Source: Trichoplax adhaerens | Taxonomy: Eukaryota; Animalia; Placozoa | Direction: 5' to 3' | Assembly (NCBI RefSeq): GCF_000150275.1 | Contig: NW_002060946.1 | Coordinates: 3,677,454-3,741,453 of the forward strand | Length of the DNA: 64,000 nucleotides | Part shown: positions 1 to 14,164 of the stretch, piece after piece | How positions within the stretch are numbered: the first letter of the stretch is position 1 | Layout: every line of letters starts with the position of its first letter | Made by a program: the position numbers and the translations under genes | Notes under the pieces: model-generated | Told to the model about the DNA's origin: nothing | Seen by the model: only the letters and a program-made list of their open reading frames with translations | Database searches by the model: none

Positions 1-3000
1 CACAAACCGGAAGAACCACAGTTTTAAGTCAATATTAAAATAAAACCATCAGATACTTTTCTGATTAGTGTACTTAAACGAAATGCTTAAAAATAATCTC
101 TGGAAAATTAGAAGGGGTTAACATAGTCAAATATTCAATGTTATGCTTTTTACTGCTCTAACACATTGCCTGATTAGGTGATAAAAAATTCCACTAACTT
201 TTTCACTTCAAAATTAAGATAGGAGGTTATATTGTCAGGAATCAATCATGGAGCATTACATGAATGTAAATCGAATTTAACTGGTAGTATCAGATCGAAC
301 TTGGCCGAATTTCTTGGACTTTTTACTGTAAGAGAAGCATAGACTGGTGCAGTAATATTTAATTGTAATAATTAGATCAAACTAGAACGAATTTATCAGA
401 TTGACCATAAATTTATAAATGTCTTACGGTATGGCATTAATGGGTATACATAGCTTGCTCGTTTGATTTTATTACATCATATTCAAATGAGTTACATTGT
501 GTAGCTGATTTTCAGCATACTGGTAGATGCATATTATATAGAGCCAAGATTATCAGATCGAATTTTAATGGATACGGTTAAATTTTGGATTCCGAAGCTT
601 CCTTAAGGTGATATACTGTAACAATGAACAGTACTGCATCAAGCTAGTAGTACAAGGTTAAGATTTAATAATAGATATCGTTAAATCTTTGGATACTGAA
701 GAATCCTTAAGGTAATATAATAATAATTACTGGATCAGGTTAGCATTATCTGGTCAAAGCTTAAAAGATTCACTTAGATTTCTCATGTTAAATCTATTTT
801 AGGGTAGTATAATAATGCGTACCGTATTGAGCCGACATTAATAAATCAAATTTAAATATAATTCATAATATTTTTCATTTCAAAAGTCATATTAGTTTAA
901 CACACTAATATAAATATGTACGGTACTATATCGGGGTAATAGTATTAGACGATATTTTAATGAGTTCAGTTAAAATTTATTACTTCAATTTTTATTAGAA
1001 TATATAGATTATGGAATTTAATCGTCTCCATTAAGTAGCTTGAATGAGTTGATTTATGAATTTTTACTTCACATTTTCTTTAGGATATTGTATAACTGTA
1101 GACGGATTTAGCTGTAAGGTTATTAGGTTAAACTTGAACAAATTGCATCTATTTCATTCTAAATTTTATCACGGAAAACATTATCGGTATCCTATAAAAA
1201 AAACTAAATCATCTTATACTAGATCTACCTTCAAAGTACTCTATTGCATCTCAATTGTAAAAATATCCTTTAATATTGTATTAATAGATATGATATTTTA
1301 ACTGACATTATCGAGTATGACTATAGAATCTAATTTTCGCCATTAAATCGAAATCTGAACAAGTTGGCTTTCATATTACAGTATCTTTAGGGATTGAATT
1401 GCAATAGACTGCATTTTATAGTGAGATTATTAGTTCAAGTTTAGATTAATTCCCTAGAACTTTTCTTTTCAAAGTTGCTACTGAGTTTCGTATCGATACT
1501 ACAGCATCTACAGGATCAACTTGCATTGCATCCAACTGTAACTATTGATCTTGTACAAAATTCCTTTACTTTTTACATTTTAAAGTTATCTATATAATGT
1601 AAGGCATCAGTGCTGTATAAGATATTAACTCGATCAAGTTATATAAGATCCGACTTTAACGAGCTCAGTTTAACTTTTATTACCAAAATTATCTTTAAAT
1701 ATTATAATTGTGGACATAATACTGAAGTGATGTTTGTAAGAGTAGCAGGATTCTGCAATTTAGCCACCTTTAGTCGCCTTAATCAGATCAATGTTGAGCA
1801 ATTTTCTTTGAAGTTTTTATTTCAAATTATAATAAATTAACTATAACGTACGCATGTACATTATTTCGTTGATACCATCCGATTAAAGTTTGACCTATTC
1901 AATTAAATCTATTTTTTTATGTAAATGTCGCCCTAGTCCTTTATCTCAATTTAGTCCTCTGTCATCAAAATCAACATGATCTAAACTCAATAATACTCCA
2001 ATTGATTATGCCAGTGTTGTAATTAATTAAAATCAAATTACTATGGACTTATTTTTAGTTTATTTTGTGGCCATATCAATGACAAATTTTAATTATTGGA
2101 AAAGCATAAGGATAAATTCTCCAGATGGCACAAACTTTTGATGTTGTCAGCAAGGACTGATTTTTATTTCCAAATATAGATTTTATTTTATATCCAATTT
2201 TTCTGCATATACGTCTTTATGTACCATAATCCCAGAGTTACGAAACAATAACTAACTCGCAATTAAATAAAGTTTTGAGCCAAATCACTCTCATGATTTG
2301 CTAATCATATATTAATAATTAGCGTCTAAAAGTATAAAGGTCGCTTTCAATTTTTACTTCAGTTCATATATTTATATCAATAGTATTAATATCATTATAA
2401 CATTGGGCACCGTGTCGCTTTTATAAGATTAATGAATATTTTCATAGATCTTAGGTTTTTTATTAAATTATTAAAAGTGAATGAATGGTGTTTATGATGA
2501 ATAACTACGATACTTATAAGGATGCCTGAGGTTAATGAATGATAATGCAATAATTGGTACACGTAGGAAAGTTTTTCCATTAAAGTATTTCTAAGAACAG
2601 GAAGTTTCAGAAGATGATTTAAGTCCAAATTTTATCATTAATCGAAAATTTCAGATCGACTGTGAAAAATATTAATAAAACTGTCAATTAAATTTTAATT
2701 AGTAAATTGAGTCGCATTCTAAGTTATTATAGTAGAGTACCTGTCTAGGCAAATTATACTTGTTCCAATATCGATCAAATTATTTCTAATTTGTTGACAG
2801 ATTAATGACCATAATTATTTAGGGTTAGTATGTTGACTAGACTTAGCTTTCCAGGGTAATCTTTCATTTAATAAACTAGATTTTTAGTCATGATTGTGTA
2901 TCACTGCTGTATTACAATCCTACTTCCAATAAAATTATTTCAAATTTACTAATCTCTCAAGTACTATTCGTTGTATCATGGATTCTTTTGTGCAAGCATC

Positions 3001-5838
3001 AACATAAGTTATGTGCCTTAGAATCTCTAAAATCGTTTCTTTACTTTATTCAATTTTGTATTCGAACAGTTTATTACGGTATATAACGAATTAATATAGT
3101 AGATACGGAATAAATGTACAACATTAAAGGTCTAAATTCTATATAATTCAAAAGCATAAAAGAATTACTTTTAGCTCACTTTCTCATTCCAGTTATGACG
3201 CTAGTCAAATATACGTAAATATCTATTGGATATGGTCAACTTTACTATGAAATCTATAACACAAAAATTTAAAATTACAGCTGCATACAGATAAAAGATA
3301 TATCTCAGACAAGTTCTGATACCTGCCTAATATACGTAAACACCAATTGTGCTATTCAGTAAATGTAGTAGACTAGTCAATACTTTAATATTGTAAATAT
3401 AAAGTATGTTGAAATTTTTAAAATAGTGCTACTCTATATCAATATCGCCTACTACCGATGATATATTTAATTATATTTGTGATGTAAGCGTATAAAATAC
3501 ATAAGCATTGATTGGCGCTACTTGTTTTAGTATTGCAATCATATTTTTAAATTTGAAAGTTTCAGTACATATAAATATCAATGATATAAGAAGAAGAATA
3601 CAGTAACAATCTTTGATGAATTTTAATGCGATACTTATTTTTCTTCGCTGACAAGCTAAAGAACAAAAAGAGTACAAACCTTTTTATAGACATGGAATTG
3701 ATGGAATCCTCAAGAGTGGATACAGCTCTATCATGACTTGAGCTGAATCGGTTGTATCTCGAAAGCATTTTATAAATTTATGAATTTAGTAGAAACTTTC
3801 CCAATACTTTATTGAAGGGAGAGCTATAGGTACATCCCTATAACTTGTGCTGAATTGGTTATATCTACAGTATAAGTATATACGAAGATATGAATTTAGG
3901 AAATAAATTTGCGGGTATTTTAACTGACTAAGAGCTGCAGGTGTAGCATAACTAGTATACCAATGTAGTTGCATCATTGGTAAATTTTTCAAAAATAGAC
4001 ATTGAAATTTTATAATTGAATATAAATCACGTTTACGAGCGTTAATTTATTTGACATCTTTCCTTACGATAATTATCCTGTATCTACGATAATTAACTCA
4101 TTCAAAATTTTACGGTGACTTCTTGTATACAGCATATTGTATAATAAGGACTGTAGATTTTCATCATATCAATTAGTGTATTTATATTATATCAAGGAAA
4201 GAAAAAATTATCGGTAACGAAGAAAAATAGAATTGTTTTGATTTAATACGATATGGTTGTCATTAGCAATTACTTTCTATATGGTAATGTTATTGTATTC
4301 ATCAGATCATTAAATTTGACCTTTCTAGGGATTAAAATGTGGCTATTTCAAAGTTGTTAGATTCAGTATATATATACGAGCTCATTTTATATAGTACCGT
4401 ATGGAAGCAATTGATTATCATTAGCTGAATAGTGTTATTACCGCAAGAATGGCGATCATCTAATATAATTAATTATCGTAGTCTGTAAATACGTAAGTAG
4501 AATGGAGTGAAAAGATGAATAAGAAGATCAATTTTGAGGCGCAATCATTGTAAGCTGTCATATTATTTCAATCTTATGATATTGGCAATAGAAAACCGTC
4601 GTATCCAATGAATTGTTTATTTACCAGCTAAAAGAACAGTAAATTTCCTCTCCAAGACTTCCCCTATTTTTGTGTATTGTAAAAAGTAAATTGTCGATAC
4701 TGTTAATAGTGGCGATACAGATGGCATTTATAATCGACTATAGAAATGATTTTTAACGTTTATTTGATAGAAAACAATGAAAAAATAATCATTTCTATCG
4801 CCCTATCAAGCTATTCTGTCTCTTTGCTGCCAGCAACAATCCGTAAAGGATTAATTATCAACTGTATCTTTTTGAAAAGGAGGAAAAGCCCTGTAATATC
4901 GATATCTTCTGAGGGATAGGGTATGGCACTTTATGGTAGAGGATAAAAATAGACGGTATTCTGCTCTTAGCTATGATGACTCATTAATCAAGGGCGACCA
5001 TTTATCATGATCTAAATCAAAAATAGTTCGGTATAGTTAAAATTATTCATTATTTGCTTTTCTTGAAAAAATGAAAATGAATAATTATCCTCATCTCTAA
5101 TCAAGTGAAAACACAAATGTGCATTATTCCTGATAAATAGCTTGTATAATTATATGGAGAAGAATAGCTGCGTTGTCAAGGATTAATCTTTAAATTAAAT
5201 GACGAATAAATCCATACATACCTTATATCTTAGAATCCTATTGTATGCTTGTTATTATAATCTCATTAATAAATTGGAGCTATTCTATTGATTTGCTTGT
5301 CTAGTCTTTTAATAAAAAGTTTCTTAGTGTTTTATTGTCATAACTTTTTTTGAAGGTGAAAACTGCAATAGTATGAGAGAGAAAGTGAGAAAAATAACAT
5401 TTATAAGCCTTTTATTATATCCTGTTTATAATTCTACGTACAGTATCCCTCAATCGGTGTATTCAACGTATAATTTATAATCTTTCGCCGCCACTACCAC
5501 TGGAATATATTCAACATCCTAAAAGATAACCTTTTCGTTATGTAAACAGATGCCAGTCTCTTTCTCGATATAAAAGCCAAGCTGAATTGTAATATAGAAA
5601 TATAGGTCAGGAAATTGTCATATTACCTAGAGGGTAAGCTTTGATCTTTTTCAATCAAGCCTGGAAATGTTACTAACACCTTGAACAACAATTTACCATG
5701 GATAAAGATTACGTGTAAAAAAATAAATGCTATCAATTTAGAAGGTATTTGAGCTCTTCCATAATCCTACAAGCTCTTAAAGAGTCGTATGGAATAATTA
5801 ATTATTCAATAGATAGTTTTAATAAACGACGATAGAGA

Positions 5839-8800
5839 ATGGCACCGAAAAAAAGGATAAGTGCAATCACTATCGGTAGATATAATTTTAGTGACGGCAG
5901 TTATTATTGTGGACAATGGGATGAGCAACGCTTAGCACAAGGATTTGGATGTTGGACTGGATTGGAAATGAAAGGAAAATTTGAAGGATATTACAAAGAT
6001 GGTCTCGAAATAACCGGAGCTTACACGTGGCCTAGTGGTGAAATTTATAGCGGTCAGTGGCTTTATGGTCAACGACATGGTTCTGGCATACAAAAGTATA
6101 AAACAAGTATCTATGCTGGCTGTTGGAATCAAGGAAAACGAGATTATCTAGGAGCGATTTGGAATCGATGTGGATCCATTTACTTTGGTACATGGCAAGA
6201 TGGTGAAAAAACAGGATATGGTACTGAAGCTTATTTAGATGGTAAGATGGACAGGCTAAAATAGTTGATGCATTGAAATGGTTTGTCGTCTTATGAATAA
6301 AGATAGACAAAGTAAAAATAATTGATCCGTTGAGATATTTTCCCGTGTTCCGAGAATCTATATTAATTGATCTATTGAGATATTTTCTCGTGTCCTAAGA
6401 ATATATATTAATTGATCCATGGGATATTTTCTCGTCTTATGGGTAAGATAGACAGGCTAAAATAGTCGATCCATTGGGATATTTTTCTCGTATTCTGAGT
6501 ATCTTATATGATTGCAAACACCATTCTACTGATTATAATTATAGTAAACCAAACTCCCCCTAAAATGATTAATAACAGCACAATACTTGAAAGACTATCG
6601 TAGCAATAGTATTATGATATTCTATCACTGATTTTTTCATTGTTAATTCAAATCTTTCAGGCTATTATCATGGCCAATTTAGCCGCGACGAGAGACATGG
6701 TTATGGTGTCCGAGTTTCATATCAAGAACAATCAATGGATATATCAGATCGAGCTTATTCGTCTTCATCGACATATCTAAGAAATTCCAGTCGATTTAAA
6801 AAGAAATTAAAGTTACGTAAAGGCATCGCTTTTGATGGTGGTAGCCTATTCTCTGCAACAAGATCCTGCAAGCAACGAAAGCTGGATGTTAAAACTAGAC
6901 CTCATCTTTATGATGAAATCTTTGATATTAATTTAAAGGTACAAGATATTGATTTAAGTACTCTATACCATAAAGACAAAGCGGACTGTAAATTAAATCA
7001 ACGTAAAAAGACATCGACTACACCTAAGGAAACCAGTTCTAGTTCATCTTATACCAAAACGCCGAAAATGCCTCAAACAGTTGTCCTTAATAATCATCAT
7101 TCAAGCATAAGACGGTCGAAAACATTGAAGGGTAAAAACTATTATTGTAGAACGACCCATTTCGAGGTAACACCAAGGATTCGAAGTAAAAGTGAGAAGG
7201 ATGTTTGTCGTAACTATAATCAAAGCAAGGAAACTTCTCCAACTGCTCATAATAGTCATACACCACCAACACCTTATCTGGCAACTTCAAACTTAGAACA
7301 ACTATTAGTTAAAACGAGGGGAAAAAACAACCAAAATAACACTACGCTGCAATACCACCAACTTAGTACCGATACTGAAAATCATAATCAGCAGAATAAA
7401 GTAATCGAACAATCAATAATCAAGTATAATTTTTTTAATAAAGACAGTAACTACACTAATTGCCATAGCCATCGTGATGATAATTTAAAAGGTGTTAATC
7501 AACATGCAACTTTGAAAAATGGCATCAAAGAATTGGATTTAATGCAAAATGATAATAAACAGCTTGAAGAAATAGAGGTATCCGGGAACTTACAGGATAA
7601 CCCATCTCATCATAACCCGATACTACTACAGCAAGAAAAATGCAATCCTAAATATGTACAAGCAGTAGTTATCCAAGAAGAAGGACAAGCAGGCTCTAAT
7701 CAGAATTGCCAACTTGATGAAATAATAACCACACTATGCAATCAAAATTCTGCTAATAGTGCCGATAACAGTAGCCATCCTGAATGCCTTTTAGGCAAAA
7801 TTAACTCTGATGTGAATGGAAGGAATAGGAAGAATAGGATCAAAAATCATTTGAAGTTAGATTTGATTGATCATAAGTTGTTTCATAATGGTGAAAAAGA
7901 TCATCACGACGATCCTAATAACCGAAATTTAGCTTCACACATAAATAATGTTAATAGTAATACAGCTGTAGCAAATAGCAATGGTGACAGTAGTAAGCCG
8001 AGAAAATTAAGCTTGTATAATTCTGATGGTAGTACGGATGATGTTGACATGGACGATAATGATGATATTGGTGATATCGATGATGACGATGATGATTACG
8101 ATGATATTGATGGTGGTGATTATGGTCATGATATTGGTGTTATTGATGATAGTGACGAAGAGGATGACGAAGAGGATGACGAAGAAGATGATGAAGAAGA
8201 TGGTGAAAAGGATAGTCAAGAGGATAGTGAAGAGAATGGCGAAGGCGATAGCGAAGGTGGCATTGAAGACGACATTGAAGACAATAACGAAGACGATAAT
8301 CCTGAAATTTATTCAGATGAGGACGAGGCTCATGACGATTATAATACCTTTAAATATGATCGAAGCCAATGTATAAGCAAAATCAATATAAGAAATGGTC
8401 TATATAGCTTTCAAAATTCCGTAAAAACTGATAATCACTCTGCTAGGGAAAGGAACAGGAATTCGACATTCCATAACAGCCATCACTGCTATCAGAATCA
8501 TCGCTTCCTAAAAGGCAATGCTACCAAGATGCAACTATCTGAAAATAGTCCTAGTAGTAATCAATGCAAAAAGAGAAGCAATAATAAAGAGGACAACGAT
8601 AGGAAATGCAATGGAGACGATAAGAGCGATTGGGACTTTAATCAATATGATATCGTCGAGGGTATAAAAGACTTACAAATTTATATTAATAAAAATTATC
8701 AGGAAGGCGTTAATCAGTATAGAAAGAAGAAGGAAAACAGTTGTCCATCTAGTGCAATCAAGTCATGCAAAGTATCTTATGTAACTGAAAATGATTATGA

Positions 8801-9584
8801 AGCTAATTCGATGGTCCATAACCGAAATGGCAGCAATAACAGTATTCAATCCTATAAAATTCGACCAAAAGATGATCGTAATAAAAGTTCGGCTAAACAA
8901 GAACGGCCTTCACATAGATCAGTTAGGGTTAGGCATTCTTCAGATGGGGATAGAAGTCGCTCAAGAACTAGCAGTAAATGTAGTAAGGTCAAAAATATGA
9001 TTAAATCCGAAGTGGCTATCGATAAAAAACAGTTAGTTAAAAATTTATCCTTACAAAGTGATATCTTACGAAATTCTGAATTAATGAGTGATAGGATTGC
9101 TAATGCCTATCATGATGACGACAGTGTTATCGAAGTTTATAAAGGCCAGTGGTTTGGTGATAAAAGAAATGGCTATGGGATATGTCAAAGATCAGATGGC
9201 CCTACTTATATGGGGAGTTGGTACAATAATCAACTCTCCGGTTATGGTGAATTAATACTAAAAGATGGGACTAAACAACGAGGACTTTGGAAAGAAAATC
9301 GCTTAATTTTCTCCATTAATGATGCTACAGTATCGCATTTTCGACCTTTTCGAAATGCTAATAATAAATTAACTACAGCTCGGTTAAAAGCTAAATCTGC
9401 TGCTCGTGCCGCTGATAAGAGAGCAATTATAGCTAAAATTCGGGCCGCATTAGCTCGAGATCAAGGTGTTATTGCTAATAATGAATCGAAACGAGCTCAT
9501 TTAGTAGCTGCTAGAGCTAAACAGATTGTTCAAGAACTGTATTCTCGCAAATGTAGAGGATCTGCAGTTGAAACAACCGTTTAG
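5839..9584 (+). CDS. JPH: Junctophilin-like MORN-repeat protein, 2 exons (5839-6241, 6661-9584), ~1108 aa
   Basis: Exon 1 encodes MORN repeats (GRYNFSDGSYYCGQW, GAYTWPSGEIYSGQW, GYGTEAYLDG). A GT-AG intron at 6242-6660 joins in frame to GYYHGQFSRDERHGYGVRVS. Two further MORNs (EVYKGQWFGDKRNGYG, YMGSWYNNQLSGYG) are followed by an Ala-rich helix. This is the 6+2 MORN plus helix layout of junctophilins. Confidence 0.88.
6242..6510 (+). repeat. Degenerate intronic tandem repeat that includes copies of the intron 5' end
   Basis: gtaagatggacaggctaaaatagttgat (6242) recurs as gtaagatagacaggctaaaatagtcgat (~6443); gatccattgRgatatttt-like units recur about 5 times. Confidence 0.7.
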
Positions 9585-10989
9585 GGAATTCATCCAATTT
9601 CCTACTCGATAGTCATATACATCTCATTTCTATTTTATTTTGCACTATACTATAGTATATTGCAAATCTAATTTTATTCACTTTCACTTTTATTATATCT
9701 CATTGCTAAACAACTATTTAATTCCAATGAACAAGATGAAACTATGTTGAAGAAGGCGAAATTTCCTATTAGCACTGTTTTCGTGATATTTATTTTGCAC
9801 ACTATTTTACCTCTATCTACGATAAGTAATCTATTTTACTATCCATTGCTTACGTATACAGTACAGTATAGAAATTCTAATTGCTAAATGTGGTAAGACA
9901 AAATAAATTCCTATATATATATATATATACATATTTGCTATTTTAGGATCGGATTGCAATGATCAGTTGTATGCTATGCTATCTAAAGTATTGTTTTCAT
10001 CCGCTTTGAGCTTCGGTCAAAAAATTAAATCACTAATTATTATATTGGATAGATGAAGTTTCAAATCTACCTTATATTGCATTAAAACGAAAGGTTAAAT
10101 CGATGTATATTCGTATATCGAATAGTTACTTTCGTTCTGGATATGAAAGAAATACACAATTTCTATACTATTCTATGGTACTTTGGGTGCCTCGTAATTT
10201 TCATGTGATGAGAATGCTATTGCGATATAAAGCCACAAAAATGCTGCTTAAAGCATTACTGAAGAACATTTAATAAATGCATATATTACCATGATTCTGC
10301 TAGAATTATCAAACTGAACCTCATTCAAATCCTTACTTTTGTATACAGTATAGCGTAAAAGTGGATCGTCAATTTTAAGTCAAAAAAATTTTTCTCTAAA
10401 TGATTAAGATGATGGATAGGAATATCTACAGTATATTGTAAGAATGCATATTTGGAGTTGACGAAACTAGCTTCCATTTTTATGCATTTATAGCATTTTA
10501 TCGCTAGCTATTGAACATGATCGTAACTTACAACTACCAGGGAAGATTTAAAGAAACAATTTTGACAAATTTCAGTTTTGACTCCAGCAAGATTAAAATG
10601 ACAGGATCGTTAACGATTTATTATACTTAACTGAAGAACCTACTTCAAGATAATTTGTTGATAGCAAATAAATTTGCACAAGCGTTTTGATATTAGAATT
10701 ACTTCGGCTAGCCCTACCATTATACAATATTAAATTCTAGCCATCTAGTAAGATATTTTCTTAAAACTGTAATCAATCCTTTATGATGACAAAATGTTAA
10801 TGGCAAAACTTTATTCGGTAACATTATCATGTCTACGAATATTCAATGGTGACGATATGCTACATAAGATGTAAGTATGTTGATGAAACCGTTTAACTTT
10901 TTTGCTTTCTGTAGTTAACATTACGATTTGACATGTTAAGAATTAACTTAGGATGGATCTGTACACTCCATTGCACAAAAGGATTAACT

Positions 10990-13900
10990 CTACTGCTGTT
11001 TTTGTCTGAGAGCAGCTCTTTTGCCTGTTACAGCTTGGAAACCAGAATTAATACTTGCTACAGAACGACCGGAATTACACCTTTCACATTTTAAAAAGTA
11101 TAGTCTGGCTTCTTTTTGTATTATAGTATCGGGAGAGCGACAAGTATGACAAGTAACATATTCCTCTGTTAAAAAACAATATAGAATTTCATAATCAATG
11201 AACTTGGTAATAAGATTGACAATATAGCTAAATTAGGCAGTCAATAATATCCAACTTACTTATATATCTTCTTAATACATTTTCTATCTGTTTTTGTTGA
11301 AATCTCCCTTTAATAATAAGCTGGTTATTGCCATCGACTGACCCACTAGTTTTAACACAAGCAAGATTAGTTGTAGGCATCAGAAATTGTTAAAGACAAT
11401 TTGGTGTAGTGCACTTACCTAGTACCTAACTCGGCTAAAAGAAATGCTAGCAAGTGCTTGGGTTGTCGATGTAAACTACGTGTAAAGTAGACAGTTGGCA
11501 TTTCATCAATTTTCCAATACTAGCTGTGCATAGCAATTGCAACGATTCAAAACTTACAACTTGCAGATATCCATAAAGTTAACAAATGAAGTCTTTTTTG
11601 TACCAATACGAACAACCTGAGGTGGTCTCATAACGAATTTTCGCTTTTCACCAGCAACCATATCAGGATTTTTAGCTCTCATGATGTCGATAACACGAGT
11701 TAAAAGCTACATTTAAGAAAAATATCGTGTACGTACGATGAGAAAAAGTTTTACTTTGGCAAAATGTTCCAAGATGTTATTCTACTATCATTAAGTAAAA
11801 AGAATGTTGAATGGCTATTTTTCCGATCTCGATGACCTTTACCTCATCGTACGTGTAGTCTCTGTCGAAATTGAGCCAAGGTTCTCTTTCCTTGTCATCA
11901 TCAGACATATTAATATCGTCAGTATCATCAACTGCAGGAAAAAATTGTTATGATGAGACAGTTTGTCAAGATGCATTCTTTTCAATACTAATGGGTGTTT
12001 AGTAATAAAGACTTGTTATTAAATAGAGTGGTAATGCATGCTTGAAAAGACCGATTGCGATGTACAGTGCAAAGACTGTTATAATACAAAAACTTGTATC
12101 GTTTTCTCACAAACGCTATAATTACAGGCTATAAGAGAAACAGTTGAGGTTATACATACACCTAGGCCTATCGTAATACAGTATGTTGTAATGTGTCTAG
12201 TTCATAATTGGTACAATTAATTATTGGTATCAATACCGTCAAGAGTACTATCATCTGCGTCTTCGGTAGGCAATTCGCCATCATCAGCTTTACTATCATC
12301 AAGAACACTATCCATTTCTGACTTCTAATAACAATAATGTCTTGCTTAGGATTGTAATTTTATTCTTTGAGCTTATATCATAATTATTAAAAAAGCTTTG
12401 TTGCTCTGATAGGAAACAACTTGATGTTACGGCATTATTTATTGCAGATCAAATTCATACTTATCGCTAATTACAGGTTATTTATAGTACACTTCTATAC
12501 CTTCTTTTTTTTCTTTTTCTTCATTGGTAATGAAAAATCAGATTCATCAACCGTAGGCTCAGGTTCCGCTGATTCGCGTTTATCTTCATTATCCTTTAAA
12601 AATTGTTATAGAAATAATGATAGAAATAGATGGGATGATTCATAATGATAGAGTATATATCAAACATTATTTTGATGGGATCAAAAGAACCGCTTAAGAT
12701 TAAGGAAATGGAGAAAAATGAATACCGCTCAAAATTACCGGTAGAGCATCTTTGACATCGTCCATATCGAAAGTTTTTGGCTTCTTTTTCTTTTTCTTCT
12801 TTTTTAGATCTAATGAAAAGCCTATACCAAAGATCAGCAGGGAGTATTAATCATGTTGGATGTACCGTTGTGCATGTTTTCAAGCAGTTTACTCTCTATG
12901 TCATTCTTCATGTTATTTTACTGGACTGTGGAGGACAAGTATAGGCTATAGGTAGAGTCAGTGTTGTAGACTGTTATGTAGGTCAATTTCGTCCATTGGT
13001 GACGCAACACTCGACATTAATAAAACTTGGCATACTTTAGTCATCTTTTCATTGTATGTAATTAATTTAATACAGTAGTCCCTCTACAAGCACGAGCATC
13101 ATCAATGAGCTTGATGCCACTGGCAAAACTCAACATGACGATAGCTATATGACTATGTTGTCATTGAATAAATAGCGTCTCGAGGAAAAGAAATTCGATT
13201 CTTAGAGAAAACGTATCAAGATTTACCATCTAAGTCGTCTGCTTCATTATTAACTGCATTGGCAGATGTGGAATCCGCTTCCGTTGTAGTTGTATTGGTT
13301 TCATTAGTAGGGGCATCATTATTACCATCGAGTGCTTCACCACCTTCAAAATCAGTTAAAGGCTTCTTCTTCTTCTTCTTCTTTTTCGTTGGTAAAGCGA
13401 AACTCTAACGATAAAAACAAACATTTTCAAGATCAGAGCCATGGTCGCATTTGCACATCATCCATCATCTACCATACTACAAGATGAATCATTGCGATAC
13501 AACAAAGATTTAAAATTGTGTTTTTATTCTTGATTTATCATTGGACATGTCTGGCAAAAAAGGAAAGAAGGATGACTTTGATTGATGGGCCTATTCCTTA
13601 TCGTAGTCTATTCATGCTTTCACCAGGATTTTTTGAAGGGAATTTATGAGCCAAAATCATTACTATTTCGTATCTCGACTCGTCAACAGTAAGTAAATCT
13701 ATCTCTGATCGAATTTTCTATCCATAATAAGGTGAAAGCATTCCCTTGATGGCCACAAATACAATCATCGATGACAAATATGTGTGTGGCAAATCAAGTC
13801 GCTGACTCATAGGGTAGAAAAATAGACATCAACACTGTCGATTGCAGTACATTCTCGATGTTGGGTACAACGCTCACTTATCCATGCATCGCTCTATCTC

Positions 13901-14164
13901 TACCGATAACGACTATAAACACCATGTACGAGTGAAATAGCAAGTTGCAATCAAGAGAAAAGTGAAATTCAACATCGATTAACCCTAACAGAATCTGCCA
14001 TGATGGAGATATGTTGCCAACGGATACGTTGTCCATATCGCCCATGTGTACAAGAGATGGATGCAGTAGCAGTAAAAAAAAATGCATCGATCGAGAAGAA
14101 ATGGCTATTCTATGGCCATCAATTCCACTATACCAATGTTACTTACTGATTCTTCTTCTGTCAT
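10990..14164 (-). CDS. EIF2S2: Eukaryotic translation initiation factor 2 subunit beta, ~10 exons
   Basis: Start exon MTEEES|gtaagt at 14164-14147. Three poly-Lys boxes (~13364-13386, ~12781-12805, ~12500-12522). Motifs [23 protein letters not shown] and [18 protein letters not shown]. Zinc finger CHTC...CERC. Ends [17 protein letters not shown]. Confidence 0.96.

Noticed and set aside
1-5800. Short ORFs and faint ~100-bp periodic similarity in the first 5.8 kb
   Set aside because: ORFs have AT-rich random composition and no recognisable motif; the repeat is too decayed to define.
8007-8376. Hydrophobic or Met-rich ORFs at 8007-8219 (-) and 8026-8376 (+)
   Set aside because: Alternative-frame shadows of the junctophilin GAT/GAA acidic tract.
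13870-13890. Alternative EIF2S2 first exon (ATGGATAA|gtgagc)
   Set aside because: Phase does not match the main exon 2 acceptor; unsupported without transcripts.
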